In this document: positions 27,465 through 40,921 of the stretch, piece after piece | Numbering within the stretch: position 1 is the stretch's first letter | Layout: the number at the start of each line of letters is the position of its first letter | Origin: Ginglymostoma cirratum | Taxonomy: Eukaryota | Direction: 5' to 3' | Assembly (NCBI GenBank): GCA_024137785.1 | Contig: JAHRHZ010000002.1 | Location: 13,429,947 to 13,493,946 of the forward strand | DNA: 64,000 bases | Notes under the pieces: model-generated | Databases searched by the model: none | The model's input: the letters and a program-made list of their open reading frames with translations, nothing else | Told to the model about the DNA's origin: nothing | Translations under genes and position numbers: made by a program

Positions 27465-28547
27465 CTGTAATACAAATCAGCAAGGTAATGTTAGGATCGT
27501 TCAATGATGCACAATATGAAAAAACCATCAAACCCTTCTGTATTATATCATCATCTTTTAAATTAAGGACAATCTTGAAAATGATAAATAGTGGCACATT
27601 GCATCAATATTTTGTCTGAACATGTTCAGAAGTATTAATTTGCAATTAGATTGAGAAAATGAAATTACTTAATAGGATACCAGCTTACGGTAAATATTGG
27701 TTATGCTTGCTTATATCACCCTGGAGATAGTGTCATTAAAAAAAGTCTTACTGAATGCATTTATCACTGAGTAATACAGGCCAGTATTGGAAATCCCATA
27801 GAACAGATGATCATCTTCACTAAAAATTATGTCAAGACAGAAGCTCAACAAATTGAGGATGTAAAACTGCTGCTTGCTGTACTTGTTATTTTATAGAAGG
27901 AAATGGAACTAACCTGAGATTTTAGTGAAACGTTTACCTCATATTTATTTTACCTATCCCACAGGAATCTTTACTTCTTGCTCTAATAATCTATGTAAGT
28001 TTGACAGTGATATTATGATCTGATATTCGGAAAGTGGTTCAGTTTCCTGAATACGGTTATGGTTCACGGAGAATGAATGAACAAATCTCTATCAATTCAG
28101 GTACTTTGATTGAGTATCAATGGGTTCATAATGTGACTAACAAATAAGACAGGTAACTAAACCTGGGGCGTTACTGATCTGTGTGTTGGGGTCAAGAATC
28201 TACGAACAACAGTGCTACTGAATAGGAAAAAAAAGGGAAGATTTTTCAAGCTCTGCATCGTCAGTGAACCTTCAACCACACTGATGGTGAGTCGGGGAAA
28301 CATCTGCTACCTGTCCTTAGGAATCATTGTCAGTATTTCAATTGTCTTAAGATAAACATTTACTTACTATGATGCATCTCATTTAACGAGGCAAATTTCA
28401 TCAACTGAAGTGTTCGTAGTTTTATCTGACATGACTGAAACTATGTTTCTGCTACTGTACGTTGGCATCCCATTCCTCTACGAAACCATAAAGGGAACAA
28501 CATTTTTGGATACTTTGTATGATATGAAAGAATGTGCAATTACGTAC

Positions 28548-28574
28548 TGCTCGCTTGAAGAAGTTTTTTGCATT
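28548..28574 (-). CDS. Microexon 13 (27 nt): ECKKLLQAS (repeat B)
   Basis: caattccttacttctcag|AATGCAAAAAACTTCTTCAAGCGAGCA|gtacgt. Differs from the 15230 copy at two synonymous sites only. Confidence 0.9.
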
Positions 28575-29813
28575 CTGAGAAGTAAGGAATTGTACAAAGG
28601 GAACAGTAAATAAACGATAATAATCACTTTTATAATTAATAGGCTAAATATGTGATAATGTAACATATTAAAAAAAATGAACTAGCTTAGATATTTAACA
28701 ATGGAGCAAGTGAATTAGCAAATGCCAGCAATACTCGATTGAATAGGCAGCGCTTGCAGAGAAAGAGACCTGACGACACAAAAGTTAGGACTTATTTTAA
28801 AATTCAACTGGAAATGGACCGAGTGGTTGTGTGCCTATGTTTTGAATATATTGAGATGGGAATGCGCTGGAGAGGTACCCTTCTACCTTTTGACCTGTTG
28901 TCCCTTCTTCCAATGAATTTGGGAAGGGAATCATTGAAGAATGTATTATTGCCCAGAGGTCAATGGAAATCCTTAAGTCGCTACTTGAGGATGTTGTTCC
29001 GCTGTCAATGTCAGTTAACCAGCTTTGGGTAGATACCGTATCATCTAGGTACCTGGCTGGAAATGCCTGCAGCCAGATAATAAGGGATGGAGTCAGAGGA
29101 TAATGGCATGGTTATGGAGAGCAAAATTGATTTTCATGCATTTCATGTCGAACTGGAGGATTCAGAGGAAGCCAATCCCTTTACACTTAAAGAACCCTTT
29201 CTCTTTCTCTTCCCTGTCCTCCTTCACGGGTCCTGCTGATTCTGCTCAATTTATTTCAGTCTCTCGGACAGATATTTAGGGTTCTTGGATATAAGACTGG
29301 ACCACCATTTCCTGCGACAGTGATATTGAAGAACAATCATACTCTGGCTGGTTGGTAGCTGTTGGAAAGGGGCATTGTCCCCATGATGGAGGTACAGTAT
29401 TGAATTACCCCGTGTTATTTCTGATCATCTTATGTATTTCAGTAGATTTCTTGGGATATTCTGTCGATGATGATGCTGAACAGTGAGACCATATCTTCAA
29501 AATATGAATCGTTAAGTTAAGACATTTTGATTAAAGTTGAATGCTAAGCTGGACCTTTCAATGTTTTAGAATGCTAATATATATGGTGTCAAGCATGCTC
29601 TGGCAGGAAGATAATTTGGCTAACAAATAAATCTCAAAGACATATTTGCAAATTTATTCCAATGTAATGCCTGGAAATAACATCAGCAATGTTGCCACTG
29701 ACTCTGCAAGCAACAGAGCCACCTACTGCCAGACCACCAAAATCCACCTATTTGCCATGCTTCGCTCCACAATTGGATGTTTTCTGATTTTGTCTGCCCC
29801 TTGTTTGACTTAC

Positions 29814-29849
29814 TTGCGCCGATCGCATGAATGCTCAATACATATATCT
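29814..29849 (-). CDS. Possible extra cassette exon (36 nt): EIYVLSIHAIGA (not counted in the 24-exon chain)
   Basis: cccctctgcactttag|AGATATATGTATTGAGCATTCATGCGATCGGCGCAA|gtaagt. Symmetric and open in phase 1, but it does not fit the repeat pattern. Confidence 0.35.
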
Positions 29850-30339
29850 CTAAAGTGCAGAGGGGCTGTGGGAGAAATGTCAAGCATTTATTTTGGTGGG
29901 AAGATGAACAGAACACACTTTGGCAGCATGCCATCAGAAAAGATGTTTGAATATTGCGTATATTCCTAGTTACTCTCATTGGCCTTGTGGGAACATCAAA
30001 ATACTCTGTAGATCGCCATTTTGTACAGTACCGTTTGGTAAAGATAACATATTCACAACATGCAATACCATTACTGTCCAGTTGCTTTTTGGATTTAAAT
30101 TTTTCACATTGCACAGCATTCATTCTGCACTAGGCCATCAGAAAAAAAAAATACTAATAAGGTGTTCATGAAATTGAGGTGCCATAAACTTGATTGAACT
30201 TTTCAGAAGGATAGGTAAAACTAATAAAAGTAGATTGAGTTGCCTTCATGTCATATTAAATATTACATATACATTTCGTATTACATATACTATTCCTCAG
30301 ACTGCAGCAACATCATCAACAAAACTACAATTTGGTCAC

Positions 30340-31240
30340 CCCACGCATAGAAAATAGGGGCTGGATTGGTCAATAGACCATTTCATCGTGCTCTACCAAC
30401 AATGTGTTAATAACTGATCATTCAGGTCAGCACCTTGTTCCCACTTTCTCTCCAATTCTTTGACCCCTTTAGCCCTCTGACTTATTTCAATGTTTTCGCT
30501 CCAACTACTTTCAGTGCCTGAGATCCCCATAGGCTCACCACAGACTAGGTGTAGAAATATCTCCTCATCTCAGCCCTATATAACCTATCCCATGTCCTTA
30601 AGATGTGACCCCGGTCATCGGGAACATCCTCCCTTTGTTTACCCTGGCTAGTTGTGTCGGAATTTTATAGGTTTCCAAACAACGCCCCCCCCAACTCGTT
30701 TCATGTCTAGCGAATACAATCACAACCAGTTCATTGTATCTTGCAGTGTCAGTCCCACTATCCCAGGAATTGGTCTTGTAAGCATTGATTGCACTCCTTA
30801 CATATCAAAAACTTTCTTCCTCAGATAAAGGGTTTAAAAAAGGCCACACTACTCCAGACATGCTGCACCAGGTTGCAGCCATTCAACGACTGTTGTGCAA
30901 GGAAATCCAGGTCTTAATGCTCTCTCCCCTTTCCAAATCTAATTCCATTCAAATAACAATCTTCCTTCCCATTTTTGCTACCAATGTGAATAAGCTTATG
31001 TTTATCCACGTTAAATTTGATCTGCCATGCATTTTCCCACTTACTAAGCTTGTTCAAATTATACTGAAGCATCTCTGCATTCTTACAGCGCACCCTCCTA
31101 CACAGCATTGTGTCATTTGCAAACTTGGAGACATTGCATTTAGTTTCCTCATCTAAATCATTAATATATATCATGAATAGCTGGGGTCCAAGCACCAATC
31201 CCTGGGGTACTCCACTGGTCACTGACTGCAATGGATGGAA
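30340..31240 (-). mobile_element. CR1 RT and 3' fragment
   Basis: VTSGVPQGLVLGPQLFMIYINDLDE..SKFANDT..WQIKFNVDK. Confidence 0.9.
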
Positions 31241-32321
31241 GGATGGATTTATTCTATAATTGTGTGGAGAGAAATTTATCCTGTTGGTAAATGCAAAACC
31301 GGATGGATCACAGCAATGATGCATTATATGCCCACCCTTATTCATTTAGAATAAATATATTGGTACCAAATCACTTGTATATTACAAGCTTGTATAGTAG
31401 ACGTTTTATAGAACTCTGACCAATTTACCTCCTTAGGATCATGTTCTACCTCTATTACGTACTTACACTTCATTGTCAATTGTCATCATTTAAAAAATGA
31501 AATAAAACTTTTGCAGTTTGGCCACTTTATAGGAACTTTGAGAGATTATCCCAGGAAGCCTGCCAAACTATTTAAATATCATTAAGGGTAATCATTGGTA
31601 AGATGTGAGTTTAATTAGAGATACGAGAAATTAATCCAAGTGAATTTAAATATTAGCAAGCAATTCTGTACAAGAGTATACCATGGAAACCTGCTAGGAT
31701 ACTTAATTATCTTCATTTTGCAAGAAAGCAGTGCAATGCCATCATAACCTGATTAGTGCTAAATGAAATTGAAGTTAATAGGAAAGTGAAATTTCTCGTG
31801 AAAGTTGGTAAATTTCTTATTTTTAAGTACTCATTTTCATTCAACACCTCATGCAAATGAGATAATGATAAACATTATTCTTCAATATTGATGTTTTGTC
31901 TATTGAAGATACAAAACATGTTTTCTACATCCCAAGATGGACAACAACTTTGCAACGCTCAATCTCCAGACTACAGGCTGAAACCAAGAGAATACCTTCA
32001 CATATCTTAAAAGCAGTGGTAGGGAAAATACAGAATTTACTGGTAAACCCAAACATTTAAGACACAAGGTTCGAAATAATTCAGGAATAGCACACATCAT
32101 GCTACTTTTTTACTTAAGACCTAGATTCAGAGATCGATAGGTTGCCATTGTGTACACCAAATGGCCTGTTCATTTTCTGTGCAATATGTTCTTTGTTTCC
32201 TCATCCCTGTGGAACGCTATTTCATGAGCACACATTTCTACCAGCTTTGCCTTGCACTCAATATCAATAGCATTATTTCGACATGTTTAAAATGCAGCAA
32301 TATAGCAAGGCATGTTTGTAC

Positions 32322-32345
32322 CTGTATATAATTCTTCCAGGTTCC
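32322..32345 (-). CDS. Microexon 12 (24 nt): GNLEELYT
   Basis: ctaattagttgtccaccttatcacag|GGAACCTGGAAGAATTATATACAG|gtacaa. Same slot and size as ESDQQEFI in the next repeat. Confidence 0.72.
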
Positions 32346-34131
32346 CTGTGATAAGGTGGACAACTAATTAGAATGAAGCTTTAACAAGTTGCCAACAATC
32401 CATTTAAAAGTAATAGCTCAGGGTCTTTTGTTTGAAGAATTCACAGAACGCTGCATAGAGATTTTCATCAACAAATTTATAATCTCCTTACTTCAAACAA
32501 AGGTACAAAACGTCCATCAGTCTGAGAAAAACTGTTTTAATTTCTTTTATGTTAAATCAAACTGTTGTAAATGAAAATACCCACTGAAAGCCAGAATGTG
32601 TAAGAATACTCCACGTTTGAAATTGTCTTGCTCTTTAAAGTGAGGCAGTGTATGGAATGGAGAATTTAAGAAATTTGAAGGGGTCATTGTCACATTTTAC
32701 ATAAGGGGTATTCATTCATGTAGGAACAGCAATATTTATGCAGTTATTGTACATTTTTGGCCATAAGCTACATGAAGAAATTATGACCTAAATTTCACAT
32801 ATAAAACCTGAATACAGAAATTGGAAACAAATTGACTTATCATTTGAATTATTTGAAACGCCATTATATACCCAAATTTAAGTAAATAGCGAATTCTATT
32901 TGGCAACAGTGCAACATTGGCATTGTTCCATTTATTTCTTGCTATAACTCAGTTTAAATGAATTTGGTTAGACATGTTATGGCTCACATCGAGAGTATGT
33001 AGAATCTGAATTCTATCCTTGTGACCTCGGGGTAGGGGATATCACTACTGCATTAAATATAGCCCCTTGTTGAACATTTCATGCACTGTTTGACATCTGA
33101 TTCGATTAATTGCAATAAATCTGAACATTGAAGTTAAATGTTAATGTCACCCTTTGCACACTTCTGTCTAAGGCAAGTTTCTATCTTAGGACATCTACTG
33201 AATTTTCAGTTCTCATCCAATTAGTGTCAACAGTGTATTGGTTTCCCACATGGCACAAGAAACAAAAATGCGAGCTATCGAATTAACTCACTGATTGTGT
33301 TATCCAGTAGCATAAATTTCTCAATGTACTTTGCCCACAGTTGGCCTTCATCACGTCAAGTGAGGTTGAATTACTTCATGCATTTACATTTCCATCCAGC
33401 ACCATTTTTTCTCCAATGAGGATAGCCGTAACTGCTTGAACATGGTCTTCAACTAGATTGCTATCTATTCATTATTAATAAACTTTACAACACCATTTCA
33501 TTTTTACATGTCCCACACAATCGTGTATGGCATAAAATCATTTGATATAGTGGGAATATTTTCTCAGTCGGCTATACTGTGCCAATAGAATACAAAAATT
33601 CTCTGACTTCTATGCTTCATCATATATTAATATGTTTTCTTTCATGATTTCTTCAAAATGAAGAGTGACCACAGAAAATCCTCCATCGTTATAGATACAT
33701 GTACTAATCCATAGGAGTCAAAAGGTCTTCGACATTATTCCTGTCTATTTTCTATGGCAGAATGATAATCACGCATTGAAACAGGATTTGTTGACAAACA
33801 CCAGCCCTTATGAATATAAACAATTTCATCGTAGACCTTGCAAGGAGTATTCCGAGTATCTGAAAAAATAGACACTATTTGATCTCAACAGAGACATTGT
33901 GAATGTTGGAAGCTAAATCTGCATTATTCATGAAAATACACATCTGTGTACGGTACCAACATACCATTGTGCATTTTCCCTTTACATTGCGCATTATTTG
34001 ATTTAGGGCTGTATTGGAACAGGAGAACATTTCTTACAAGTGGGTCCATCGCTGAAACAATATTGATATGCGTCATAATTTGCAAATTGACTTCCTATGC
34101 CAACCACTAAAGAATGCATTCTCTGCCTTAC

Positions 34132-34152
34132 CTAATACTTTCCCTTTTGGTC
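34132..34152 (-). CDS. Microexon 11 (21 nt): GPKGKVL
   Basis: ctactgatttctgtgttttag|GACCAAAAGGGAAAGTATTAG|gtaagg. Frame 0 ends in TAG; phase 1 is open. Confidence 0.85.
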   Translation of the reverse strand, partial: DQKGKY

Positions 34153-34389
34153 CTAAAACACAGAAATCAGTAGAAATGTGAGAAGTGATACAACCAGAAA
34201 CACATGAAAGAAAGAAAGAAAGAACGAACCATGCCGTACCTGTTGGCTTATTGAGTCTCTGTCGCCAAAGCTATATGAAATATGCATTAATCCCACCTTT
34301 CAGCACTAGTCCCATAGATGTTAATGTTCTGATATTTCAAATGTTCATCCAGGTACGTTTTAATATTTGCATAATGCCTCAACTACAAT

Positions 34390-35550
34390 CCAAGAGATAG
34401 TAGGAACTGCCGATACTGGATTCTAAGATAACAAGGTGTGGAGCTGGAGAAACACAGCGGACCAGGCAGCATCAGAAGAGCAGGAAAGCTGACTTCTTCA
34501 GAGATGGGGGAGGGGAAGGGGGCTATGAAATAAATAGAGAAGGGGGCGCGGTGATAGAAGGATATTGGAGCAGATAGGAGGAGAGAAGATGGACAGGTCA
34601 AGGAGGCGAGGATGAAACTAGTAAAGGTGAGTGTAGGGAGGAAGTTGGATGGGGGTTGGTCAGTGAAGAGGGAGGGGTGGATTGATGGGAGGGAAGATGG
34701 ACAGGTAAAGGAGAAGGGGATGAAGCTAGTAGAGGTGAGTGTGGGTGGGAAGTGGGGGTGGGGGTTGGTCAGTGAGGTGGGAGGAGGGGTTAGGTGGGAA
34801 AGGAGACAGAGATGAGAGGGGGTGCTGGTCTTTGGATGATGTCGGGAGTGGGGAGATTTTGAAACTCCACATTGAGACCCTTGGGTTGTAGGGTTCCAAG
34901 GCAGAATATGAGGTGCTGTTCCTCCAATTTTCGGATGGTATCGTTGTGACACTGTAGGAGGCCCAGGATGGATATGTTGTCTAGGGAGTGGGAGGGGGTG
35001 TTGAAGTGCTTTGTGACTGGGAGGTGTTGTCGTTTGTCGTGAACCGAGCATAGGTACTCCACAAAGCGGTCTCCGAGCCTCCACTTGGCCTGTCTGTCTT
35101 CCCTCCCACCCCTCCCTCCCTGCCTCCTTAACCTGTCCGTTTTTCCTCCTACCTAATTAGAGGGATATGGGCTGGCAAATGAGACTAGATTGATTTACGA
35201 AATCTGGTCGGCATGGACGAGTTGGACTGAAGAGTCTGTTTCCGTGCTGTAATTCTCAGTGACTCAATGACTCTATCCGCCGTCACTCCTCACTGACCAA
35301 CCCCCATCCCAACTTCCTACCTACACTTACCTTTACTACCTTCATCCCCGCCTCCTTGACCTGTCCACCTTCTCTCCGCCTATCTGCTCCACTATCCACC
35401 TTCTATCACTGTGCCCCTCTCTCTTTTTATTTCATAGCCCCCTTCCCCTCCCCCATTTCTGAAGAAAGGGTTCAGACCCGAAATGTCAGCTTTCCTGCTC
35501 TTTTGATGCTGCCTGGCCTTCTGTGTTCCTCCAGTTCCACACCTTGTTAT
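34390..35550 (-). mobile_element. Penelope-like element remnant: GIY-YIG endonuclease C-terminus between inverted terminal repeats
   Basis: 34790-35062 encodes HLPVTKHFNTPSHSLDNISILGLLQCHND..RKLEEQHLIFCLGTLQPKGLNVEF. Arms 34390-34790 and 35280-35550 are inverted. A CR1 tail is inserted at about 35160-35275. Confidence 0.88.
35459..35487 (+). ncRNA. Hammerhead ribozyme core motif (Penelope-type, minimal)
   Basis: CUGAAGA-AA-GGGU(UCAG)ACCC-GAAA-UGUC. Stem I not resolved by eye. Confidence 0.5.
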
Positions 35551-35554
35551 ATCA

Positions 35555-36495
35555 ACTACCATCCCAGATGTGCATGTCAGCCACTGACCATCAACTGGGA
35601 AACTTTAGTTTCCTCAATTCCTCGCCGAACCTCCTGCCTTTCAGCTTAAAATGGTCCTACCTTGTTAATGCACTTTCAACTAGGAGTAACAACTTTTCAT
35701 GGTGTCCATGATTTTCCTAACTTTACACGTCTTTCTCAGACTCCCCTCCCCAAGCTTTTTGCCTCCAAAGAAAACAACATGAGCGTATCCTCCATCGCTT
35801 CATATCTAAAGGGCTCCAACGGTGGTAACATCATGGTAAGTCTCCTTTGTGTCCCTCCAGTGCAATCACGTCATTCCTGTAGTGTGGAGACCAGAATCAA
35901 AGTCATGTAGGACTCCTGCAAAATATCTCTGCTTTTATAATTTATGCCAGGCTGAAAAAGACAGTCAAGTTTTATCCTTTTGCTGCCTGATCAACCATCC
36001 CTGCCACGTTCAAGCAACCCAGGACTCCTCTGTTCCTTTGAGCTTCCAGTTGTCCTGCTATTTATTAAAACCTCCCTTGTCTTTTTATGTCATCTCTATA
36101 ATGCATCACCTCAGACCATTTGCCAATGATCTGCCATTCTGAACAATCAGTTTATATCCTCCTGTAATTTAAGACTTACTTCATCACGGTCAAGAACTCA
36201 GTCAATCTTTATGTCATCCACAAACCTAATTCTGAACCAAACCCTCCCCATAGTACTTTCTGCTATACTGTTTATATATAGCGCAAACAATAAGGATCCC
36301 ACCACGGATCCCTGTGGAATGCCACTGGGCACTGGTCTCCAATCACACAAAGGACTTCCATCACTCCCCCACCGTCTCCTACCACTAAGCCAATTTTGGA
36401 TTCACCCTGCCACGCTACCTTCGATCCAAAGCGCTTTTACTTTGTTTCTCAACTTCCCATTTGGGACCTTGTCAAAGGTTTTGCTGAAGGCTTTT
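35555..36495 (-). mobile_element. Decayed CR1 RT fragment
   Basis: Reverse of the SGIPQGS motif (ggatccctgtggaatgccact) and of a FDKVP-like motif (gggaccttgtcaaagg). Confidence 0.8.
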
Positions 36496-36971
36496 CTTAT
36501 TCCTGTGTAATTAATTATGAATTTATCATTGTTGATATATTGATGGGTGGCCTTATTTATGCCAGGCTAACACACACTTCCGAATTCTGTAAAGTATACA
36601 AATTAATCTGTGAAGTGAGTTGCTGAAATGCACTCAGGAAAGAATTGCAAAACGAACGAGAGTTATACTGAAGCTTATGCCGCTGTGCTACTTAGATCTA
36701 TCGACAACTTCAGCACAAATGTTGATTGTCTCAAAGACACCTTTTGTAAATCTTGTTAGTAGTCAGGTTAACAGAAGAAACAATGTTTGTTTTATTTATT
36801 TTGAATCACATAATTGAGTTCCAATGTAACGTACTGAATATAAGTAAATAAAGATGGTAAGAAAGATTACTGCTTTTGCAAGATCTAAAATGCAGAGTGT
36901 TACATAAAAATAATTTACCGTAGAATTCTGATAAAAACATCTTTCAGAAAGTGAAATAAAAAGGATTTTAC

Positions 36972-37007
36972 CTTCACCTGACATCCTTTCTTGCAATGCG
37001 TTAATTT
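36972..37007 (-). CDS. Exon 10 (36 nt; 30 nt if the internal gtgaag donor is used): EINALQERMS(GE)
   Basis: gctaacttcctatgcttacatgtttttaacag|AAATTAACGCATTGCAAGAAAGGATGTCAGGTGAAG|gtaaaa. Consensus branch point ctaac; 36 nt matches the paralogous exons. Confidence 0.85.
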
Positions 37008-37477
37008 CTGTTAAAAACATGTAAGCATAGGAAGTTAGCATTGTCATTTGAACATTACTTATTTTCATATTTGTTTGGAGATTGCACATAAAATGGAAAT
37101 CTTTAGTTATTTGAAAAGGATTTATAAAGATTTGAATACTAAAGCCATATATAAAAAAAACAAACAACAAATCTTCACGAACACAATGAACGATTAAAGA
37201 TTGGGGAAATGTATGACAGAGAGAATTTAAAAAATGTACTTGAGATGAATTGCATGTTGAAATGAATAGAACTGATTCTATGAGTATTTCTAAATGTACT
37301 CAATGCAATGTTGCCAGCTTTGCAGCCAACGTTCAATTTCATCATCCCATATCCCATCTACTCATCATCCAGTCACAGACATGATTGCAAATATACATCA
37401 GCTATTGTTTTTGAGGAGAATGTTAAAGTTTGTCTCCTCTGGCAAAAGTATGAAAAGGAAAAAGAATCACACCATCA

Positions 37478-37514
37478 AACCCTAACACTAATCCTAACCC
37501 TAACCCTAACCCTA
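37478..37514 (-). repeat. Short (CCCTAA)n telomere-like array
   Basis: aaaccctaacactaatcctaaccctaaccctaaccctag. Confidence 0.85.
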
Positions 37515-37619
37515 GCTGAAGATTTGCAGATAAATGAACACCAATATTTTTATTATTAATTGAGTAAGTAACAACTTTAAAGTCATTTGTTAAAGAAGAC
37601 AAATTTGAACTTTTCATCA

Positions 37620-38500
37620 TGAAACACTCTTACTCCAGCTTACGGTCAGAAGTAGAAATGTTTGTTAATCATTGTACAGTGTTCTCTATAGTCTATAACT
37701 ACAGTGATGCTGAAACAGATGCAATACACATGAAGGAAGACCTGGATAATTGTCAGTCGTGGGATTTTACATCAACAAATAACATTTCCATCATGGCAAT
37801 TACTGACCCCGTTTCCAACAATGGGAATAAAACAAGTTCCCCTTCAATATAAACGTCATTTCTAGTCAAATGTGATCATAAAGCTGGGCACTGCAACCAA
37901 CTAGAACTGAACTGATTTGATCCAGCTATATAATTAGTTCATTTTTTATATCAGGCCAGGTGCTAGGAATTCTATGGTGGGTAATTCACCTCATGATTTC
38001 ACAAGCCCTCCAATAAGTTAAAGGTGAAGTGTGTGATGAGATACTCTCGACATGCTTGGGTGAGTGAATTTCAGTAAAGCACAAGCAATTCGATATTACT
38101 CAAGCCAAAAAGAACCTATTTGATTAGGTAAAAAAAGACAGGTGACCATAGCATTTCTCAACCTGGCAGCATTGTGTACAATTTATACAATATTCTTCAG
38201 AAACTCTAAGGGGCACTCTTAAGAACAACAGAAGAATCCAGACAAGTGGTTTCAAACTCTGGGATGGCAGATGAATGGGAGCAACACAATTGTCAAGTGA
38301 CATTCTAAACCTTACACTATTTTAACTTGGCAATATATTGTCATACAATAACTGCTGGTGGGTCAAACTCCGGAAACTAGCCATATAACACCACAGTGGG
38401 AGTAAGTGCACCACATTTATTGTAACATTTCTAAATGGAGGCTGCCAATAACTGTTTTCACAGCAGTGAAGGATGGGCAATAATTTTTTGAGTTTGTAGT
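37620..38500 (+). mobile_element. Decayed L2/CR1-clade LINE
   Basis: RSEVEMFVNHCTVF..MKEDLDN matches the RT segment at 7945-8274. Confidence 0.7.
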
Positions 38501-38827
38501 TTACATCACATGTTAAAATGATTAAGTTGGAGTTTTATCTGTTACTAATTCCAATAAAGATTGGTAAAGTCGAAAATTCCTTTTTAATCGCAGAATCATA
38601 GATGTTCAGAATAGTTTCTCGGAAAGTTGTTTCAAAATAAAATCTGGGATTTTAACTCAATATCATTTACTTATCTACGGCTTAAGTAGGTGGCAATAAT
38701 TTAGCGTTCACAAACCATTGTTACATTCCTTGTTTCATGAGTTGATGCTAAAATACTTAAATGCTTTTCTCTACATCTAGCCCTTGTCATATTTTCATTG
38801 AACCATCTGCACAATTAAGTAATTTAC

Positions 38828-38854
38828 CTGCTGTCTTTTGCAGAATCTGTCTCA
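38828..38854 (-). CDS. Microexon 9 (27 nt): MRQILQKTA (repeat A, MRQ exon)
   Basis: ttgctcattttctttacag|TGAGACAGATTCTGCAAAAGACAGCAG|gtaaat. Paralogous to the exons at 27438 and 13444. Confidence 0.88.
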
Positions 38855-40319
38855 CTGTAAAGAAAATGAGCAACATAGCACATTGATAGGATTTCGAGCT
38901 TTGTTCCGTAGGTTTATGGAGTTCAATTATTTGAAAATATATTAATTTCTAAAATTTGTGACTACTTTTGACATCACCGAAGCAGGTTGACTGACCAATC
39001 CTTGAAGGAAGCACTTCATTGTCATGCATACACACCAGTGGAAATCTCTTCCCTTGAGCAGAATTTTGTTGTTTGCAGAGTATTGACTTAGTATGACAAG
39101 ATTAGGCAGTATTTACAAGTCAGGCCATCAGCAAAACCATCACGATTTTCGCTGAAATCATGATCTAAACTCAATTAGTCATCCAAATTTACAATCGTGT
39201 TCAGTAACATATCAATATATCAGTTGTCCAAGAATTGTATCACCTGAGGTTTATTTGGGACAGACTACCTCCTTGCCCATTCTATTCTCCTGTAAATTTT
39301 GTCGCTTACCTTTTGAATGATTTAAATTTTTCTACATGCTTTTATTTGCTCGCCCTAGATTAGTGATCCTGTTCCGTAACAGCTTGAAGTTATTGTTTGA
39401 GACCCCACCTTTTAAAATTTGGGTAGAAATGTTAATCTGACAGAACCGTCAGACAGAAATTGAATGGAGTACAATTTCTTGATTTGGTGGGCATTACAGA
39501 GATTTATTTTAATCCTCATGGTCCCCTAGAGTTCCAAATGCACATGTTAGAATCAAGCCTTTAAGTTTGTTCTGGTTATGCCATTACGATTTTATTTCTT
39601 CGTTTCTTTTTGAGTTAGATCTGAAAGAAAAAGTTCAAGTCACTTCATTGCTCTTCTTAATTACGTGTACCTACTCCAAGTTAACTGCTGTTTTACCTCT
39701 TAGATTATTCCAAGGGCAATTGCCTGAGTAGTTTTGCATTTGCTGGTGGGGAAGACACCGAACAGAGCAAGTCTGGAGAATATCACCAAGTGTTGAAAAA
39801 GAAAATCTTAAAAAAAGTTCTATCTTTTGAAAGAATTTTGATTCATTACTGCAGCGAATGACAATCTACGTTGTTTCACTTTAATGTGGGCAAGGTAACT
39901 CATATCATTGCATATGATTGTGCTGATTTTGTTTTTTCTTCAGGTATAGGGTCCCCAATGCAAACGTTTAAACAATTAAATCATTTGGATTTTTACTGGA
40001 ATCAGAGAAGACTTAATTTTCTTTTTTGGGATTGACGAAGTTCGTTGTTGCTCTTGTTAACACAAATAATCTTTTGCTTGTTAGATGAAATTTAGAATGC
40101 TAGAATGGTTATCTCAAAATGGAATAGCATCGTTTCACCATACTTGCACAACGCAGGTACGACTTTGCACAAAAATTGTCAAGAATGTGCTCGCAATCTA
40201 GCCTCATTCAACCAGAACCAACAACTGTTGTTTGAAGTTCACTTCAGTGGATGTAATAGTAATAATTTACAGTACATGCAGTACGCCCGATGTCCTTTGA
40301 ATATCAGAAATATTAAAGA

Positions 40320-40550
40320 TGTTTTTATCAACCTGTTCAAATGTGAACACATCTAGAACAGGTGGAACTTTAACCTAGACATTTTGCCCTGTAGGTAGGG
40401 ATAATACAAATGTGCTATAAGAATTTTAGAGATATAGTTACTTTACCCAATCTGTTTTGACATGCTCTGACACAATTCCAAAGGCAGGGACTTGATACCT
40501 CAAGTTCTGGTGAAGAGGTAGGGACACTACCACCGTGCCATGAGACCCCT
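40320..40550 (-). mobile_element. Two tandem copies of a short tRNA-derived SINE
   Basis: Minus strand ggcacggtggtagtgtccctacct (A-box-like); a diverged second copy at 40322-40420 and a third near 32960-33066. Confidence 0.6.
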
Positions 40551-40894
40551 ATATAATGCAAAATTGTCCGTAGGTTAAGACGATTATATTTGCACATTGT
40601 TCTGTGCTCGCAGGGATTTTTAGAACATATTCATTTCTGATCCGTTTTCTGAGTCTGAGTAAGTTTCTTTGTTGCATTTAATGATTGTTTAAGTAGAATA
40701 TCAATGGGTATGCATGAATTCATGAGTATTGACGTTTGAAGTTTCTTTCTGTTGGCATGGAGTTTAGTTTAATTCAAATAACGAATAAAGACAGCTTGAT
40801 TGCTTGAACCTACGATATAGATTTCATTGACATTACAATGTTCAAGAAGTGACATACATGTAAACAGTGCTATGAACTGTCTGATGTGACTTAC

Positions 40895-40921
40895 TGGTTT
40901 TTTGCAGAAGTTCCTTGCATT
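40895..40921 (-). CDS. Microexon 8 (27 nt): ECKELLQKT (repeat A, EC exon)
   Basis: ttatgctattttaaag|AATGCAAGGAACTTCTGCAAAAAACCA|gtaagt. Paralogous to the exons at 28548 and 15230. Confidence 0.88.

Noticed and set aside
34383-35084. 233-aa Pro/Ser-rich ORF
   Set aside because: Off-frame read-through of the Penelope remnant and its low-complexity terminal repeat.
39700-40020. Plus-strand acceptor-like sites (39703, 39943)
   Set aside because: Both run into stops or lack a suitable donor; I found no coherent plus-strand exon chain.
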